DNA of 64,000 bases from Mobula hypostoma (Eukaryota), in assembly GCF_963921235.1 (NCBI RefSeq), contig NC_086097.1, positions 33,668,001-33,732,000 of the forward strand, written 5' to 3'. Positions 24,601 through 39,600 of this stretch are shown one piece after another (the stretch's first letter is position 1; every line of letters starts with the position of its first letter). The notes beneath the pieces are model-generated. The model was not told where the DNA came from. It saw only the letters and a program-made list of their open reading frames with translations, and did no database searches. Made by a program: the position numbers and the translations under genes.

Positions 24601-27600
24601 GTTGTTCACTCCAAAATATCCAGCCTATAATTTTATTTTTGGAAAAGGCAAAAATAAATGTTTAGTAGTGGGTAGCTGGTTCAGAATCTGGTATATTGTT
24701 ACTGATATTAGTCATGAAATTAGTCATGGGCCCTTGGAGACTCCATCTTCCTCTCACCCCACCATCTATGAACACCCGAAACTTTCCTTCTCTTCAGACA
24801 CTACCAACCCCCTTCCCCCCCCCACCCCCAATCCCAGTTCTCATCTCTACCAGGTCTTCACTATTCCATCTGACCTTCCCCCTCTGAGGCACAACATGCT
24901 GTCCTCAGTAAGGGCCTCACCTTTGTCGGTGTGTTCTACACTGCCATGATGCTGAGCTCTTCTTTCTCCACCTCCGTCTCCATGCCTACTTCTTTGGAAA
25001 GGACTCTCCACCTCATGCCGATGACCCCTTCTCCCATCTCCAACCCTCCTCCTCTTCCTGGACACCCTACTCTGATCTTCTGCCTTCTCTGGACCTTTGC
25101 ATTGCCAACTGCTGACGAGGCATCAACCATCTCGACTTCAACACTTCTCTCTCCTTTTCCAGCCTCACTCCTTCTGAACGCACTGTTCTCCACTCCCTCT
25201 GCACTAATCTTCGCCTCACCATCAAACCCACGGATAAGGGAGGGGTGCTGTAGTAGTCTGGCGTACTGACCTCTGCTTTCCTAAGGCGCAATGCCAACTG
25301 CCAGACACCACCTCTTACCTACCCCTTGAAAATGATCCCTCTAAGAAGCACCAGGCCATTGTGTCCCACATCATCACCAACCTCCCATCCACTGCCACCA
25401 ACCTCATAGTTCACGCACCCCGCACCTCACGTTTCTACCTCCTACCCAAGATCCTCAAACTTGCTTGTCTAGGTAGACCCATTGTTTCAGCTTGCTCCTG
25501 CCCCACTGAACTCATACCTGCATACCTCGATGCTGATTTAGCCTCCCCGGTTCAGTCCCTCCTCCCTACATCTGTGACATCTCACACACTATGGATCTTT
25601 TCAATGACTTCAGGTTCCCAGTTCCCATCATCTTATTTTCACTATGGATGTCCAATCCCTATACACCTCCATCCCCCACCAATAAGGCCTCAAAGCTCTC
25701 TTTTTTTTTCTTTCTGCACACCAGATCCAACCAGTTCACCTCCACCACCACTCTCCTCTGTCTTGTCCTCACTCTTGATAATTTCTCCTTTGGCTCCTCC
25801 CTCTTCCTTCAAACAAAAGGTGTACCCATGGGGCACATGCATGGGTCCCAGCTATGCCTGCCTGTTAGTCGGCTACGTGGAACAGTCAATGTTCCAAGCC
25901 TACACTGGTGTCCGTCCCTCACTTCTACGCTACACCAACTACATTGGTGCTGCTTCCTGCACCCATGCTGAGCTCATTGACTTCATCAACTTTGCCTCCA
26001 ACTTCCTCCCTGCCCTCAAATTTACCTGGTCCATTTCTGACACCTCCCTCCCCTTTCTCGATCTCACTGTTGTGATCTCTGAAGACAGCTTATCTACTGA
26101 TGTCTGTTATAAATCCACGGACTCTCTCAGCTACCTGGACTATACCTCCACCCAACCTATTACTTGCTTTTTTAAAAAAAAAAAGCAATCCCCTTCTCAA
26201 TTCCTCTGTTTCTGCCACATCTGCTGTCAGGATGAGGCTTTCCATTCTAGGACAAAGAGATGTCCTCCTTTTTCAAAGAAAGGGGCTTCCCTTCCTCCAC
26301 TATCAATGCTGTCCTCTTCCATTTCATGCATGCCTGCCCTTAACCCATCCTCCGACCACCCTACCAGGGATAGGGTTCCTCTTGTCCTCACCTACCACCC
26401 ACCAGCCTCGGCATCCAGCAGGTAGTTCTCCAGAACTTCAGCCATCACCAATAGGATCCCACCACCAAGCATGTATTTCTCTCCCTCTTCTTCTCCTCCC
26501 CCACCCCACCAAAGATGTATTTCACTGTGCTTTGATGTACTTGTGACAAATAAAGCTAATCTTTACCTCCTCTTTGATGGTAGTAATGAGAAGAGGGCAT
26601 GTCCCTGATGGTGAGGGTCCTTAATGATGGATGCTGCCGCCTTGAGTCACTGCCTTTGGAAGATGTCCTTGATTGTGGGGATGCTTGTGCCCTTGAGGGA
26701 GCTGATTGAGTCGACAACCCTCTGAATACTCTAGAATCCTTTGCATTGGCGCCTTTGTACCAGCCAGCAAAGCAATCAGTCAGAATGCTCTCCACAGTGC
26801 ATCTGCAGAAATTTATTAAGAGTCGTTGGTGAGATGCCAATCTCCTCAAACTCCTAATGAAGTATAGCTGCTGGTGTGCCTTTGTCGTGATTGCATCAAT
26901 GTGATTGACCTAGGATAGGATAGATCCTCTGAGGCATTGATGTCTAGAAATTTGAAGCTGTTCACCTTTTCCTTTGCTGACACTTCAATGAGGATTAGTG
27001 TGTGTCCTCCCAACTTTCCCTTTCTGAAGTCTGTAATCAATTCCTTGGCCTTACTGCTGTTAAGTGCAGGGTGGTTATTGGGTCACCATTCAATCAGCTG
27101 ACCCAACTCACTCCTCTGTGTCTCTTCTTTGGCATCTAAGATTCTGCCAGCAACAGTGGTATTATTGGTGAATTTATACAGTAGATAACTACCTTCCGTC
27201 AGCTTACTTTGAGTAGCACAGAATTGCTACAACTATTTGTAATTGTGCACTGTTCTTTACATTGAGAACTGAAAAAATCTAGGTAAAATCCTGAACAAAT
27301 TCATTCATAGTTTAAATTGTTCACAGTTGGTTTTTATGTTGCCTTCTTGTTCCCAAGCTGTTTATTCTGTTGTATTTGCACAGTCGTGGAACTAACAGGT
27401 GAAGTTTTGACACTATGCCTTTTCATAGAAGTCTCTTTTGAAATTTGAACTCTTTGTAATTCAAAATCATCTTGAATAATTTTACAATCTTAATTTTTAT
27501 CCAATAATATCAAGGATATTTGTTGAAATTTCACCCATTTAAAACTGCTTTTTATTTAGTGACTTGTCCTTGCTTTATGAGCTGTGCCTGGTGATCATCT

Positions 27601-30600
27601 CTGATGACTGACGAGATTCTGTTTGTTTTCGTAGTGGCCCTAAAGATCACGTATTTGTTTATTTTGCTGATCATGGAGCAGATGGAATATTGGCATTTCC
27701 CAATGATGATGTGAGTAACTTTGCCTAAACTTTAGTAATTCCCTTGATTCATAAATTAAAGGTGTTCATCATATTCATTGTCTAAATCAGGGTTTCCCAA
27801 GCTTTTTGATACCATTAACTGAGAGGTCTGTGGGCTGCAGGGTGGGAACCCCTGACCTAAACTGTTCAAAATGCTGGTTACTCAGTTGCATTCAACTCAA
27901 TCTACCAAAATGTAAAAGATCACAATTTCTTCAGGCCTATGGCATTCCAACTTTCATTGCCTTAACAATAATGCTGGCTCTATATTGGTGTGATTGGAAA
28001 CTTGATATCTATCAGAATGATGGAACGAAAGTCAAGCAGGACTTTTGGAAGTGATTTGGTTAGACTCGTAAGGGATTCAGTTACTTGAAAATTGTGAGGG
28101 GAAAAGGCCTGAATAGATTGGTTTTACAATGAGTGCTGTGGACTTGATATATGTTAAATATTTTGTTCCCTTAATGACTTTCCCAGAGGACTTTGTCCAA
28201 AAACACGCAGTAGCAATGTTTACATACAGGTCCTAAATTCAGTCACATTTAACTTTGGAAAAGAACTTTCAGGAATCCAGATCCTATATTGTAAACACAG
28301 CGGAGTGCGAATTTCTAGTGCGTATTTCTATCACGTTATCTTGCATTTTGTGTCTTCCTGTTTCAATTGTGGTTTTTTACTTTAATGGATCTTTCCACAC
28401 ATCCCAGTTTCCTAAATTTGTTCTAGATTTTAATCTGTTTTGTTGCCTTCAAATGCAAAACAAAATTGCTTTTCTATTTAAAAAGTAAAAAATCCCCAAT
28501 TCTTCCTGTGATTTCACCTGCATACATCTATGATGGTATTATTTGATGGAGGTTTGAAGTGATCAATTGGACTTAGAAACATGGGCCGGCTGGTGGCGCA
28601 TTGACATCAGTGCTGGACTCCGGAACGAAGGTTCCCGGGTTCGAATCCAGTCGGGGCCGCTCCCGAGTACGCTTTCCATCCGTGCTGGGCTGAGTGTCAA
28701 GATCGCAACTCAACCTCGTGAAATAAAAGGGAAAAATACTGCGAACTGTCTGTGTGAGGAGTGTCGCGCCACACAGTCTCTCTCTCTCATTCCACGCCTT
28801 GTGAAGGCATGAAAAAGACATCGTCCCGCCAACATCACACACGCACGCACGCACATGCACAGATGTGCATGCATGCACACACCAAAATAAAAGAAACATA
28901 GAAAACCTACAGCACAATACAGGCCCTTCGGCCCACAAAGTTATGCCGAACATGTCCTTTAGAAATTACTAGACTTCCCCATAGCCCTCTATTTTTCTAA
29001 GCTCCATGTACCTGTCAAAAAGTCTCTTAAAAGACCCTATCGTATCCACCTCCACCATCATTGCTGGCAGCCCATTCCACGCACTCACCACTCTGAGTGA
29101 AAAAAACTTACCCCTGACATCTCCTCTGTATCTACTCCCCAGCACCTTAAGCCTGTGTCCTCTTGTGGCAACCATTTCAGCCCTGGGAAAAAGCCTCTGA
29201 CTATCCACACGATTAATGCCTCTCATCATCTTATACACCCTATCAGATCACCTCTCATCCTCCGTCACTCCAAGGAGAAAAGGCCGAGTTCATTCAACCT
29301 GTTTTCATAAGGCATGCTCCCCAATCCAGGCAACATCTTTGTAAATCACCTCTGCACCCTTTCTATGGCTTCCACATCCTTCCTGTAGTGAGGCGACCAG
29401 AACTGAGCACAGTACTTGTATCATATAGTTTCTTTGGTGGAAAATTTGTTCTGTCCTGTTGTGGGGAGAGGAGGGACACAAATTTTGTGTAAATACTTCT
29501 ATACCCTCTGCACACTGTTTTGATTTTTGTTTCTGGTTTTAGAGTATTTAATTAGTATTTAATGACATTTGTATTCTTTTCAGCTTCATGTGGCTGACCT
29601 GCAGAGGACCATCCAATACATGTACAGGCATAAGAAATATGCTAAGGTACTATCAGCTTCCAGAATTTCAACAGGCCGAGAAGGCTGGGGAAGGGAATGA
29701 AGGGAAATTTACAACTTGGGTTAAAAGTTTGCCTTTTAAAGAAATATGCTTTGTGGCAAAGCCAATCTCAAGGCTACGTAGCAACATTTATCTACCTATT
29801 ACTACTGGAGAGGAGAATTGATTTAAAAAAAAAATCTAAAATTCCCATTTTTCCTATTTTATTTCTACAAGTGAAATCAATAAGGGACACTTAAGTGTAA
29901 TTACATCAAGTTAATATAGCTCTAATGCAGCTTTAGAATGCTGCTTTTACACTTTAAATTCCCTGATGCTCTGTTGTTTCTTGTTATTTACAAAGACTTT
30001 CAGAAATGGCCACAAAATTGTTCCATTAGGAGGGAGTCATATTTTCCAACTGCTTAGCACTATTGGATTGCAAAAGGGAGTTTCTAGGCAATGCACCTTT
30101 TTGTTATAGCCATTCTGTTCATTTTGCACTGTTTCTCCTGTGCAAGTGGCTTGTACTTAAAAGAGTATCTGAACAAAAAAGATGTGTGTGATTTTTTTTT
30201 TACTATTTTTCTGAGGTAAATGCCAGTATAACTTTGTGAGAGTAAATAAACAGCAATGAAGGAGTTGCATTTCCCATTTTAATGTCATGCTGCAATTGCA
30301 GTATTTACAAAGTAACTTTTTTTTTCCCTGCATGAAGAAGCTGTGAGCATCAATATTAATCTCTGGTTGGATCAAAGCCATAGTAATTGTTTTTGAACAA
30401 ACTTAAGCATCCAGGTTTTCCTTTGCTTATTAGCAATTTCTGTATTTAAATAAAATGATTTTTAACAGCTATGTTTTTTGAATGCTGATTGAACCATTCT
30501 GCGATTGCTAATGGCTCCACCCACTGGATTCCCTGCAGACAATCGGTGATCGGTCCCATCCAGTTTAAGCACTGGGTGGAATTTTAATTACGTACCATTC

Positions 30601-33600
30601 TACTCTCTTGGAATAAAACAATGCAAAGCAAATTAAAATCGAATGTTGGGATGAATCAGTTTCCTGGGTATTTGTGCCATAATTTTGAGCACTTTATCAG
30701 TTACATGCTTATTTTTTGGTTAGAAGCAGAACAAAGTACACAGACTTTGTTATGTTATGCAACTAGTGCTTGTGCAATGTTCAGAATACTTCTTAGAATA
30801 AATTTACTCCCTGTGGTTTAATTTGGTTCCTATTACCATATATATTTTTTGTACAACACAGTTTCTTCTAGCTTTCCAATTTAGATTAGATTCAACTTTA
30901 TTGTCATTGTGCTGAGTACAGATACAAAGCCAGTGAAATGCAATTAGCATCTAACCAGAAATGCTAAGAATAATGTTATTTACAAAATTAGTAATGGATT
31001 GAGGCTTTGGATGCTTCTTCTAATTTCCAGAGCAACATTTAATGAGAAGTAGTAAACTGTGTTTGCTGTATCTCACGTTTAATGGTCCATTAAACTGCTT
31101 CCACAGATGGTGTTTTACATTGAAGCTTGTGAGTCAGGATCAATGATGGTGGACCTGCCAGAAGACATTAATGGTATGATAATTATAGCACGTTATCACT
31201 TGCAGTCAAGGCAAAAGCTTAAAATTAAAATTGGTGTCAAAAAGGTTTCTAAGGTTTTGTTTAATTTATTGATTTAATTTTAGACAATAGGTGCAGGAGT
31301 AGGCCATTCGGCCCTTCGAGCCAGCACCACCATTCACTGTGATCATGGCTGATCATCCACTATCAGTATCCAGTTCCTGCCTTATCCCTATAACCTTTGA
31401 TTCCACTATCTTTAAGAGCTCTATCCATCTCTTTTTTGAAAGCATCCAGAGACTTGGCCTCCACAGCCTTCTGGGGCAGAGCATTCCATATATCCACCAC
31501 TCTCTGGGTGAAAAAGTTTTTCCTCAACTCCGTTTTAAATGGCCTACCTCTAATTCTTAAACTGTGGCCTCTGGTTCTGGACTCACCCATCAGCGGGAAC
31601 ATGCTTCCTGCCTGCAGCGTGTCCAATCCCTTAACAATCTTATATGTTTCAATAAGATCCCCTCTCAGCCTTCTAAATTCCAGAGTATGCAAGCCCAGTT
31701 GCTCCAATCTTTCAACATATGACAGTCCCGCCATCCTGGGAATTAACCTTGTGAACCTACACTGCACTCCCTCAATAGCAAGAATGTCCTTCCTCAAATT
31801 TGGAGACCAAAACTGCACACAGTACTCCAGGTGTGGTCTCACCAGGGCCCAGTACAGCTGCAGAAGGACCTCTTTGCTGTTATACTCAATTCCCCTTGTT
31901 ATGAAGGCCAGCATGCCATTAGCTTTCTTCACAGCCTGCTGTACTTGCATGCTTGCTTTCAGTGACTGATGTACAAGAATACCTAGATCTCGTTGTACTT
32001 CCCCTTTTCCTAACTTGACTACATTTAGATAATAATCTGCCTTCCTGTTCTTACCACCAAAGTGGATAACCTCACATTTATCCACATTAAACTGCATCTG
32101 CCCACTCACCCAGCCTGTCCAAGTCACCCCGCATTCTCATAACATCCTCCTCACATTTCACATTGCCACCCAGCTTTGTGTCATCGGCAAATTTGCTAAT
32201 GTTACTTTTATTTCCCTCATCTAAATCACTAATATATATTGTAAACAGCTACGGTCCCAGCACTGAACCCTACGGTACCCCACTGGTCACCGCCTGCCAT
32301 TCCGAAAGGGACCCGTTAATCACTACTCTTTGTTTTCTGTCAGCCAGCCAATTTTCAATCCATTTCAGTACTCTGCCCGCAATACCATGTGCCCTAATTT
32401 TGCCCACTAATCTCCTATTTGGGACTTTATCAAAGGCTTTCTGAAAGTGCAGGTACACTATATCCCCTGGCTCTCCCTTGTCTATTTTCATAGTTTCATC
32501 CTCAAGAAGTTGAAATGGAAGTTAGAAATAATACATTATTTTGTTAGAGTATTATCACCTAATAATATCTTCCTGTTCTGATTGTGTTTTTTCCCCACTT
32601 AAATGGCCACTTCCATACATCCTGGTTTCACCTTTTTGTTCTTGATTAGTCCTTCAGACTTATCAGATCTTTCAGCCTTCAAATGCAAAACAAAATTACA
32701 AAATTATTTTTCTATTTAAATTGTAAAAAGATCACCAATTCATCATCTTGTGATATCACCTGCATGCACTTATGAAGGTGTTATTTGATGGAGCTCCATT
32801 TTTTTCCCTAATCTTCATCAACTCCATCAAAGAATAGAGCAGCTTTCATTATTTTAACATTGTTTGCTTGCAGCTTGATTTTTCTACATGCCTCTATAAT
32901 ATCTCTGGTTCTGCTATTTCTCAATTTTATAAACTACATATATTGAAAATAGGAAAGGAGAAGTATTTTTAATACTAGAAATGCTCGCCATTTCAGGAGG
33001 AAAGAGAAACAGGATTGTTTCAGGTTCACAATCTTTCACCAGAACTGGAAAAATGAGTTTGAGAAAGTTTTGGCTCAATCAGAGAGAAGGCTACACACAG
33101 GTTGGGGCAAGAGATTTTAAAAAGGACCATTCACAAGCTTTTGGCTTTTTCCAGCAGCCCAGTTGAAACACAATTCATTAGCAAGGGCAAATAAAAATAA
33201 GTTAGGGACATGTGGAGCAACCATTGTGTGAGTGGACCAGTGTTAGAGTGGGGAGGCTTTGGCTCAACATGCTTCGATGAGGTAATCTGCTATTTCTTCG
33301 TTCTTAGTGCAATGAGAATGGCTCCAGGGCCTGTGTTTTGTTCTGTGTGAGAGATGTGGGAATTCTGGGAGACTTCTAGCCTCCTGAATAACCACATCTG
33401 CAGCTTCTCAGAGAGCGTGATAAGGAACTGGAGCTGCAGCTCGATGACCTTTGCCTTATATGGGAAACTGAGGAGGTGATGTATAGGAGCTACAGGGAGG
33501 TATTCACCCCTAAGTTACAGGGGGCAGGTACCTGGGTGACTGTCAGGAGAGGGAAAGAGGCTAGAGCTGTTGGGGAAGGTTTAAGCTAATTTAGCAAGGC

Positions 33601-36600
33601 GATGGGAAACTGAGTGATAGGGCTGAGGCTGAAGCATTTGGTATACAAGCAGAGGCAGCGTGTAGTGAGACTGTCAGGAAGGACAGGCAGATGATAGGGC
33701 AAAATTGCTGTCAGTGGGATGAGTTGCGGTGTAACGTGGGTGGAAATGGTAAAGGGTGATGAATAGAGGACTGAAGGTGGTAACATTTGCATGCAGTTTA
33801 CGGAACGAGGTGGATGATCTTGTAGCGTAGTGAGAGAGTGGTAGGGATTTGACGTTGTTGGCACCATTGAGCTGTGGCTGGAAGAAGTTGTGAGCTTAAC
33901 GCCTTGTACCGAAAGGACAGACAGGTAGGCAGAGGGGGTGGGCTGGCTCCGTTGGTAAAAACTGATATCAAATCATTAGAAAGTGGTGACGGGATAGAAA
34001 GATGTCAAATCCTTGTGGGTACAAAGACCCTGATGGGAGTTATACACAGCCTCTGAACAGTGGCAAAGATGTGGGCTACAAATTACAATTGGAGGTAGAA
34101 AACACATGCCAAAAGGGCAATGTTATGATGGTCATAGGGGATTTCAATATGCTGGTAAGTTGGGAAAATCAGGTTGTTGCTGGATTCCAAGAGAGGGTAT
34201 TTGTAGAATGCCTATGAGAAAGCTACTTAGAGTAGCTTATGGTTGAGCCCATGATGGGAAAGGCTATTCTGGATTGGGTGTGTGTAATGAAACGGATTTG
34301 GTTAGGGATCTTAAGGTAAAGGAATCCTTAGGAGGCAGTGATCATAAGATTCACCCTGAAATTTGAGAGGAGAAGCTAAAGTCAGATGTATCAATAGTAC
34401 AGAGGAGTAAAGGGAATTACAGAGACATGGGAGAAGAGATGGCCAAAGTTGATTGGAAAGGGACACTGTCAGGAGTGATGGTACAGCAGCAATGGCTGGA
34501 GTTTCTGGGAGAAATACGGAAGGTGCAGGATAGGTACATCCCAAAGAAGTAGTATGCCAAACTCAGGGTGACGCAACTGTGGCTGACAAGAGAAGTCAAA
34601 AACAACATAAAACCAAAAGAGAGGGCATATAATAGAGGAAAAATTAGTGGGAGGTTAGAGGATTGGGAAGCATTTGAAAGCCATCAGAAGGCAAGTAAAA
34701 AAACTGTAAGGGGGGAAAAAATACGAAGGTAAGTTAGCCAATAATATTAGAGTATACCAATTTTTTTTTCAACTACAAAGGGTAAAGGAGGTGAGAGTAG
34801 AAATTTGACTGCTGGAAAATGATGCTAGAGAAGTAGTAAAGGAGGGGGACAAGGAAATGGCGGATGACCTAAATAAGTGTTTTGTATCTGTCTTCGGTGT
34901 GGAAGACACCAGCAGTATGCCAGAAGTTTGAGAGTGTCAGGGGCAGAAGTGAGTGTAATTGTTACTACTAGGGAGAAGGTGCTTGGGAAGCTGAGAAGTC
35001 TGAAGATAGATAAGTCACCTGGAGCTGATGGACTACACTGCAAAATTCTGAAAAGAGTAGTTGAACAGACTGTGGAGCATAAGTTATTTTTTTAGAATCA
35101 CTGGATTCTGGCATGGTTTTGGAGGACTGGAAAATTGCAAATGTCACTCCACTCTTCAAGGAGGGAGGTAGAAGAAGGGAAATTAAAGGCCAGTTAGTCT
35201 GACCTCAGTGGTTGAGAAGATGTTGGAATCGATTATTAAGGATGAGATCTCAGGGTACATGGAGGCACATGACAGAATAGGCCGTAGTCAGCATGGTTTT
35301 CTTAAGAGAAAATCTTGCCTGACAGATCTGGTAGAATTCTTTGAAGAAATAACAAGCAGGATAGACAAAGGAGAATCGGTGGATGTTGTGTCCTTGGAAT
35401 TTCAGAAGGCCTTTGACAAGGTGCCACACGTGAGGCTGTTTAACAAGCTATGAGCCTGTGGTAATATAGGAAAGATTCTAGCATGGATAGAGCATTGGCT
35501 GATTGGCAGCAGGCAAAGAGTGGGAATAAAGGGAGCCTTTTCTGGTTGGCTGCTGGTGACTCGTGTTCTGGAGTGGTCAGTGTTGGGACTGCTTTTTGTG
35601 TTTATATGTCAATGATTTGGATGATGGAATCGATGGCTTTATGGCCATGTTTACAGACAATATGGAGATAGGTGGAGGGGCAGGTAGTGTTAAGGAAGCA
35701 AGGAAACTGCAGAAGGACTTAGATAGATTAGGAGAATAAGTATAGAAGTGGCAGGTAGAATACAGTGTCAAAAAGTTAGGTCATGCGCTTTGGCAGAAGG
35801 AACAAAAGTGAAGACTATTTTCTAAATGGGGAGAAAATTCAAAAATCTGAGGTGCAAAGGAACCTTGGAGTCCTCATACAGAATTCCCTAAAGTTTAACT
35901 TGCAGGTTGAATCGGTGATAAGGAAGGCAAATGCAATGTTAGCATTCATTTCAAGAGGACTAGAATATAAAAGCGAGGATGTAATGCTGAAGCTTTATAA
36001 GGCACTAGTGAGATCTCGCAGAGTATAGCTAGCAGTTTTGGACCCCATATCTCAGAACGCATGTGCTGAAATTCGAGAGGGCTCAGAGGAGATTCATGAA
36101 TGATTCCAGGAATGAATGGGTTATCGTATGAGGAGCATTTGATGGCTCTGGGCCTGTACTCGCTGGAATTGAGATGATCCAGTGGGGATCAGAAGAGATC
36201 TCATCAAATGGTGAAAGGCCTTGATAGAGTGGACATGGAGAGGATGTTTCCTATGGTGGGAGAGTGTAGAACCAGAAGGCACAACCTCAGAATAGAGGGA
36301 TGTCCATTTAGAATGTAGCCGAGGAATTTCTTTAGCTGGAGGGTGGTGAATCTGTGGAATTTGTTACAACGGACAGCTGTGGAGGCCAAGTCATTAGGTG
36401 TATGTAAGGCGGAGACTGAGAGATACTTGATTAGGCGGGGTGTGAAAGGTTACATGGAGAAACGTACAAGGGTTAAAAGTGGAATGTTTAAGGGGAACAT
36501 GAGGGGGATTTCTTCACTCGGGCTGGTGGGGTGTGGAACAGGCTGCTCGGGATATAGTAGACGCAGGTTCAATTCACACATTGTGAGAAATTTGGAAAAG

Positions 36601-39600
36601 TACACAGACAGGAATCAGAATCAGGTTTAATATCACTGGCATATGTTGTGAAATTTGTACTACATTGCAATACATAAAAACTGTTTAATTTACAGGAAAT
36701 AGACATATTTAAAAAGTTAAATTAAATAAGTAACACAAAAAGGGGGAAAAACAAGTTGTGAGGTAGAGCTCATGGGTTCAATGACATAGAAACATAGAAA
36801 GCCTACAGCACAATACAGGCCCTTCAGCTCACAAAGCTGTGCTGAACATGTCCTTACATGAGAAATTACTTATGGTTACCCGTAGCCCTCTATTTTTCTG
36901 ATCTCCATATACCTGTCCAGATGTCTCTTAAACAACCCTAACGTATCCACCTCCACCACCGTCGCCAGTGGCCCATTCCATGCACTCACCACTCTCTACG
37001 TTTTTAAAATAAACACAAACAAACTTACCCCTGACATCTCCTCCGTACCTACTTCCGGTACCTTAAAATTGTGCCGTCTTGTGCTAGCCATTTCAGCCCT
37101 GGCAAAAGCCTCTGACTATCCACACGATCGATGCCTCTCATCATCTTATACACCTCTATCAGGTCACCTCACCCTCTGTCGTTCCAAGGAAAAAAGGCCA
37201 AGTTCACTCAACCTGTTCTCATAAGGCATGCTCCCCAATCCAGGCAACATCCTTGTAAATCTCCTCTGCATCCTTTCTATGGTTTCCACATCCTTCCTGT
37301 AGTGAGGTGACCAGAACTGAGCACAGTACTCCAAGTGGGGTCTGACCAGGGTCCTATATAGCTGCAACATTACCTCTCTGCTCCTAAACTCAATCCCACG
37401 ATTGATGAAGGCCAATACACCGTATGCTTTCTTAACCACAAAGTCAACCTGCGCAGCAGCTTTGAGTGTCCTATGGACTCTGACCCCAAGATCCCTCTGA
37501 TCCTCCATGCTGCCAAGAGTCTTACCATTAATACTATACTCTGTCATCATATTTGACCTGATGCCCATTCAGAACTGTCCATTCTCCAATGCCCATTCCG
37601 CTCTTGTGATGGTAGAGGGGAGGAAACTATTCCTGATCATTGCGTGTGTGCCTTCAGGCTTCTGTACCTCCCTTCTGATGGTAGCAATGAGAAAAGGGCA
37701 TGTCCTTAGTGATTGGACTCTTTAATGGTGGGTAGGAGAGATATGGAGGGGTGCGTTCCAAGTGCAGGTTGATGGGACTATGCAGAATAATAGTTCAGCA
37801 TGGACTAAATGGGCCAAAAGGCCTGTTTCTGTGCTGTAGTGCTCAAGGACTATTGAAAGTTTCTTCTTTGGAAGAGGAGCTGAATTGGTGTATTACTCAG
37901 TAGCAATATTTTAGAGTTTTTCCTATGAAGGAGGCAAAGTCTACTTCCAACTTTCATTTCTCAGGGAGGTTAAGATCATGGTCTTATGGTGCAAAGTAGC
38001 TGAGAAATCTATGTACTGTACACACATGAATGTTCCTGTGGCCTCTTCATTCTGTTACGTACCCCGTAACTGGGTTGCCAAACCAGCAGAAATGGATCAC
38101 TCAGTTGGAGTCTGGAGTACTAGAACTAAGAAAGTTTTATTAAAGAAACAAGCAACACAGTAATCAAAAGGATAATAAATGCAACAGTTCAGCGATGATA
38201 AACGCACATGTGCACAGAATTAAGATAACAGCATCAATCAAGCTCTATCGTTGTCTAGGGGTAAATGACCAATTTCAAAATGACTCAAAGTTCAATCCAG
38301 TTAGTAGTTCAGTTCGCAGTAATCGTTGCCATGGCGATGGACAAGGTGGGGGAAGAGAGACAGAATAGGAACAACTGATCATTCAGAACACTGCTTCACT
38401 CACAGACCAGCGATATGGCTCACAAACAGCTTTTGGGCGGGTCCTTGGTGATGTCACCTGAGGTCACCGACTGTGACCCCTCCTCCAGATGCGGTCGATC
38501 CTCTGCAGTGAACCCGGCACCCAGGCAAGGGCGGACACACACCGGGTTCCCGCTGATCGTACCTTTCCACCCTTGTTGTTGTCTGGTACTTCTCACCCAC
38601 TCGTGAGAGGCGCACCGCTTCCAGGGTCTCGTTACCTCGGGTGGCGTGTGTGCTGCCTTAGCGAACCTGTCCCTTTTTATCCCCCTGCTGGGGTATCGCC
38701 TGTCCATCACTTCAAACAGTTCAGGGTTCAAAGGGGGGAGCCGCTCCAGACAGCTCTCCCTCCCACATCCCTTCATTACACATCTCCAGACGCTGCTCCA
38801 TTGTTCCTTATCTCTCCTTCCCCTGAGGGCAGGTAGCAGACCAACTGCTGATGCCACTGATGCTAGCCCAGGCCAGCAAACATCTTAATTTTATGTGTAT
38901 TCTCGTAACACTTCCCCCCTTTAAGGATTTTTACCGGGAGGTAAAAATTACAAACATGACTACATTATCTGATACATACACAATATACATCTTTAACAGT
39001 TATTTAGCTAATACAGAGAATCTGAAGCTGTCAACACCTTGACAGACAGTCATCACATTTTCTGTTCCTTTTACACGTGTTATTAATAATCCCTTAGACC
39101 AGGCTCCAACTCAGCAAACTTCATAGTGGCCAAAAACACTGATGAATTGCGACCAATGTAACCTCTCATTTGGTTTTGTCCCGGACCACAACAACAAGGG
39201 TCGTCCCATTCCGGCTCAGTTTTCTCTCGCAAGGGCTTAGTAGGAGGGGGACGGGTATTGACCGCAGAGTTATTGCAAAACTTCCTGCAGTACCCCACCA
39301 TCTCCAAAAGCCTTCTGAGGGCCCTCTTGTCTGTCGGGGTTGGGAGGTCAGCGATAGCCTGCACTGTAGCTTGCATCACTGCCAGCTGCCCCTGTGTCAC
39401 CACAATTCCCAGGTAAGTGACCCTCGTGTGGCCGAATTCATTTTTTTCAAGGTTCACTATCAAACTGGCTTCAGACAGCCGTATTAAATTGCCAATACAC
39501 ACCTCTGTGGTCATCAGCCCTTTAGTCACTGAATTACTCAATATATATGAGTGTTCTTTACTGGGCTGCCCTATTGTAACAGACATAACCCAACGTCCCA

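Noticed and set aside
28583..28655. tRNA gene (also 1-77)
   Set aside because: A and B boxes run into SINE body sequence; no complete cloverleaf.
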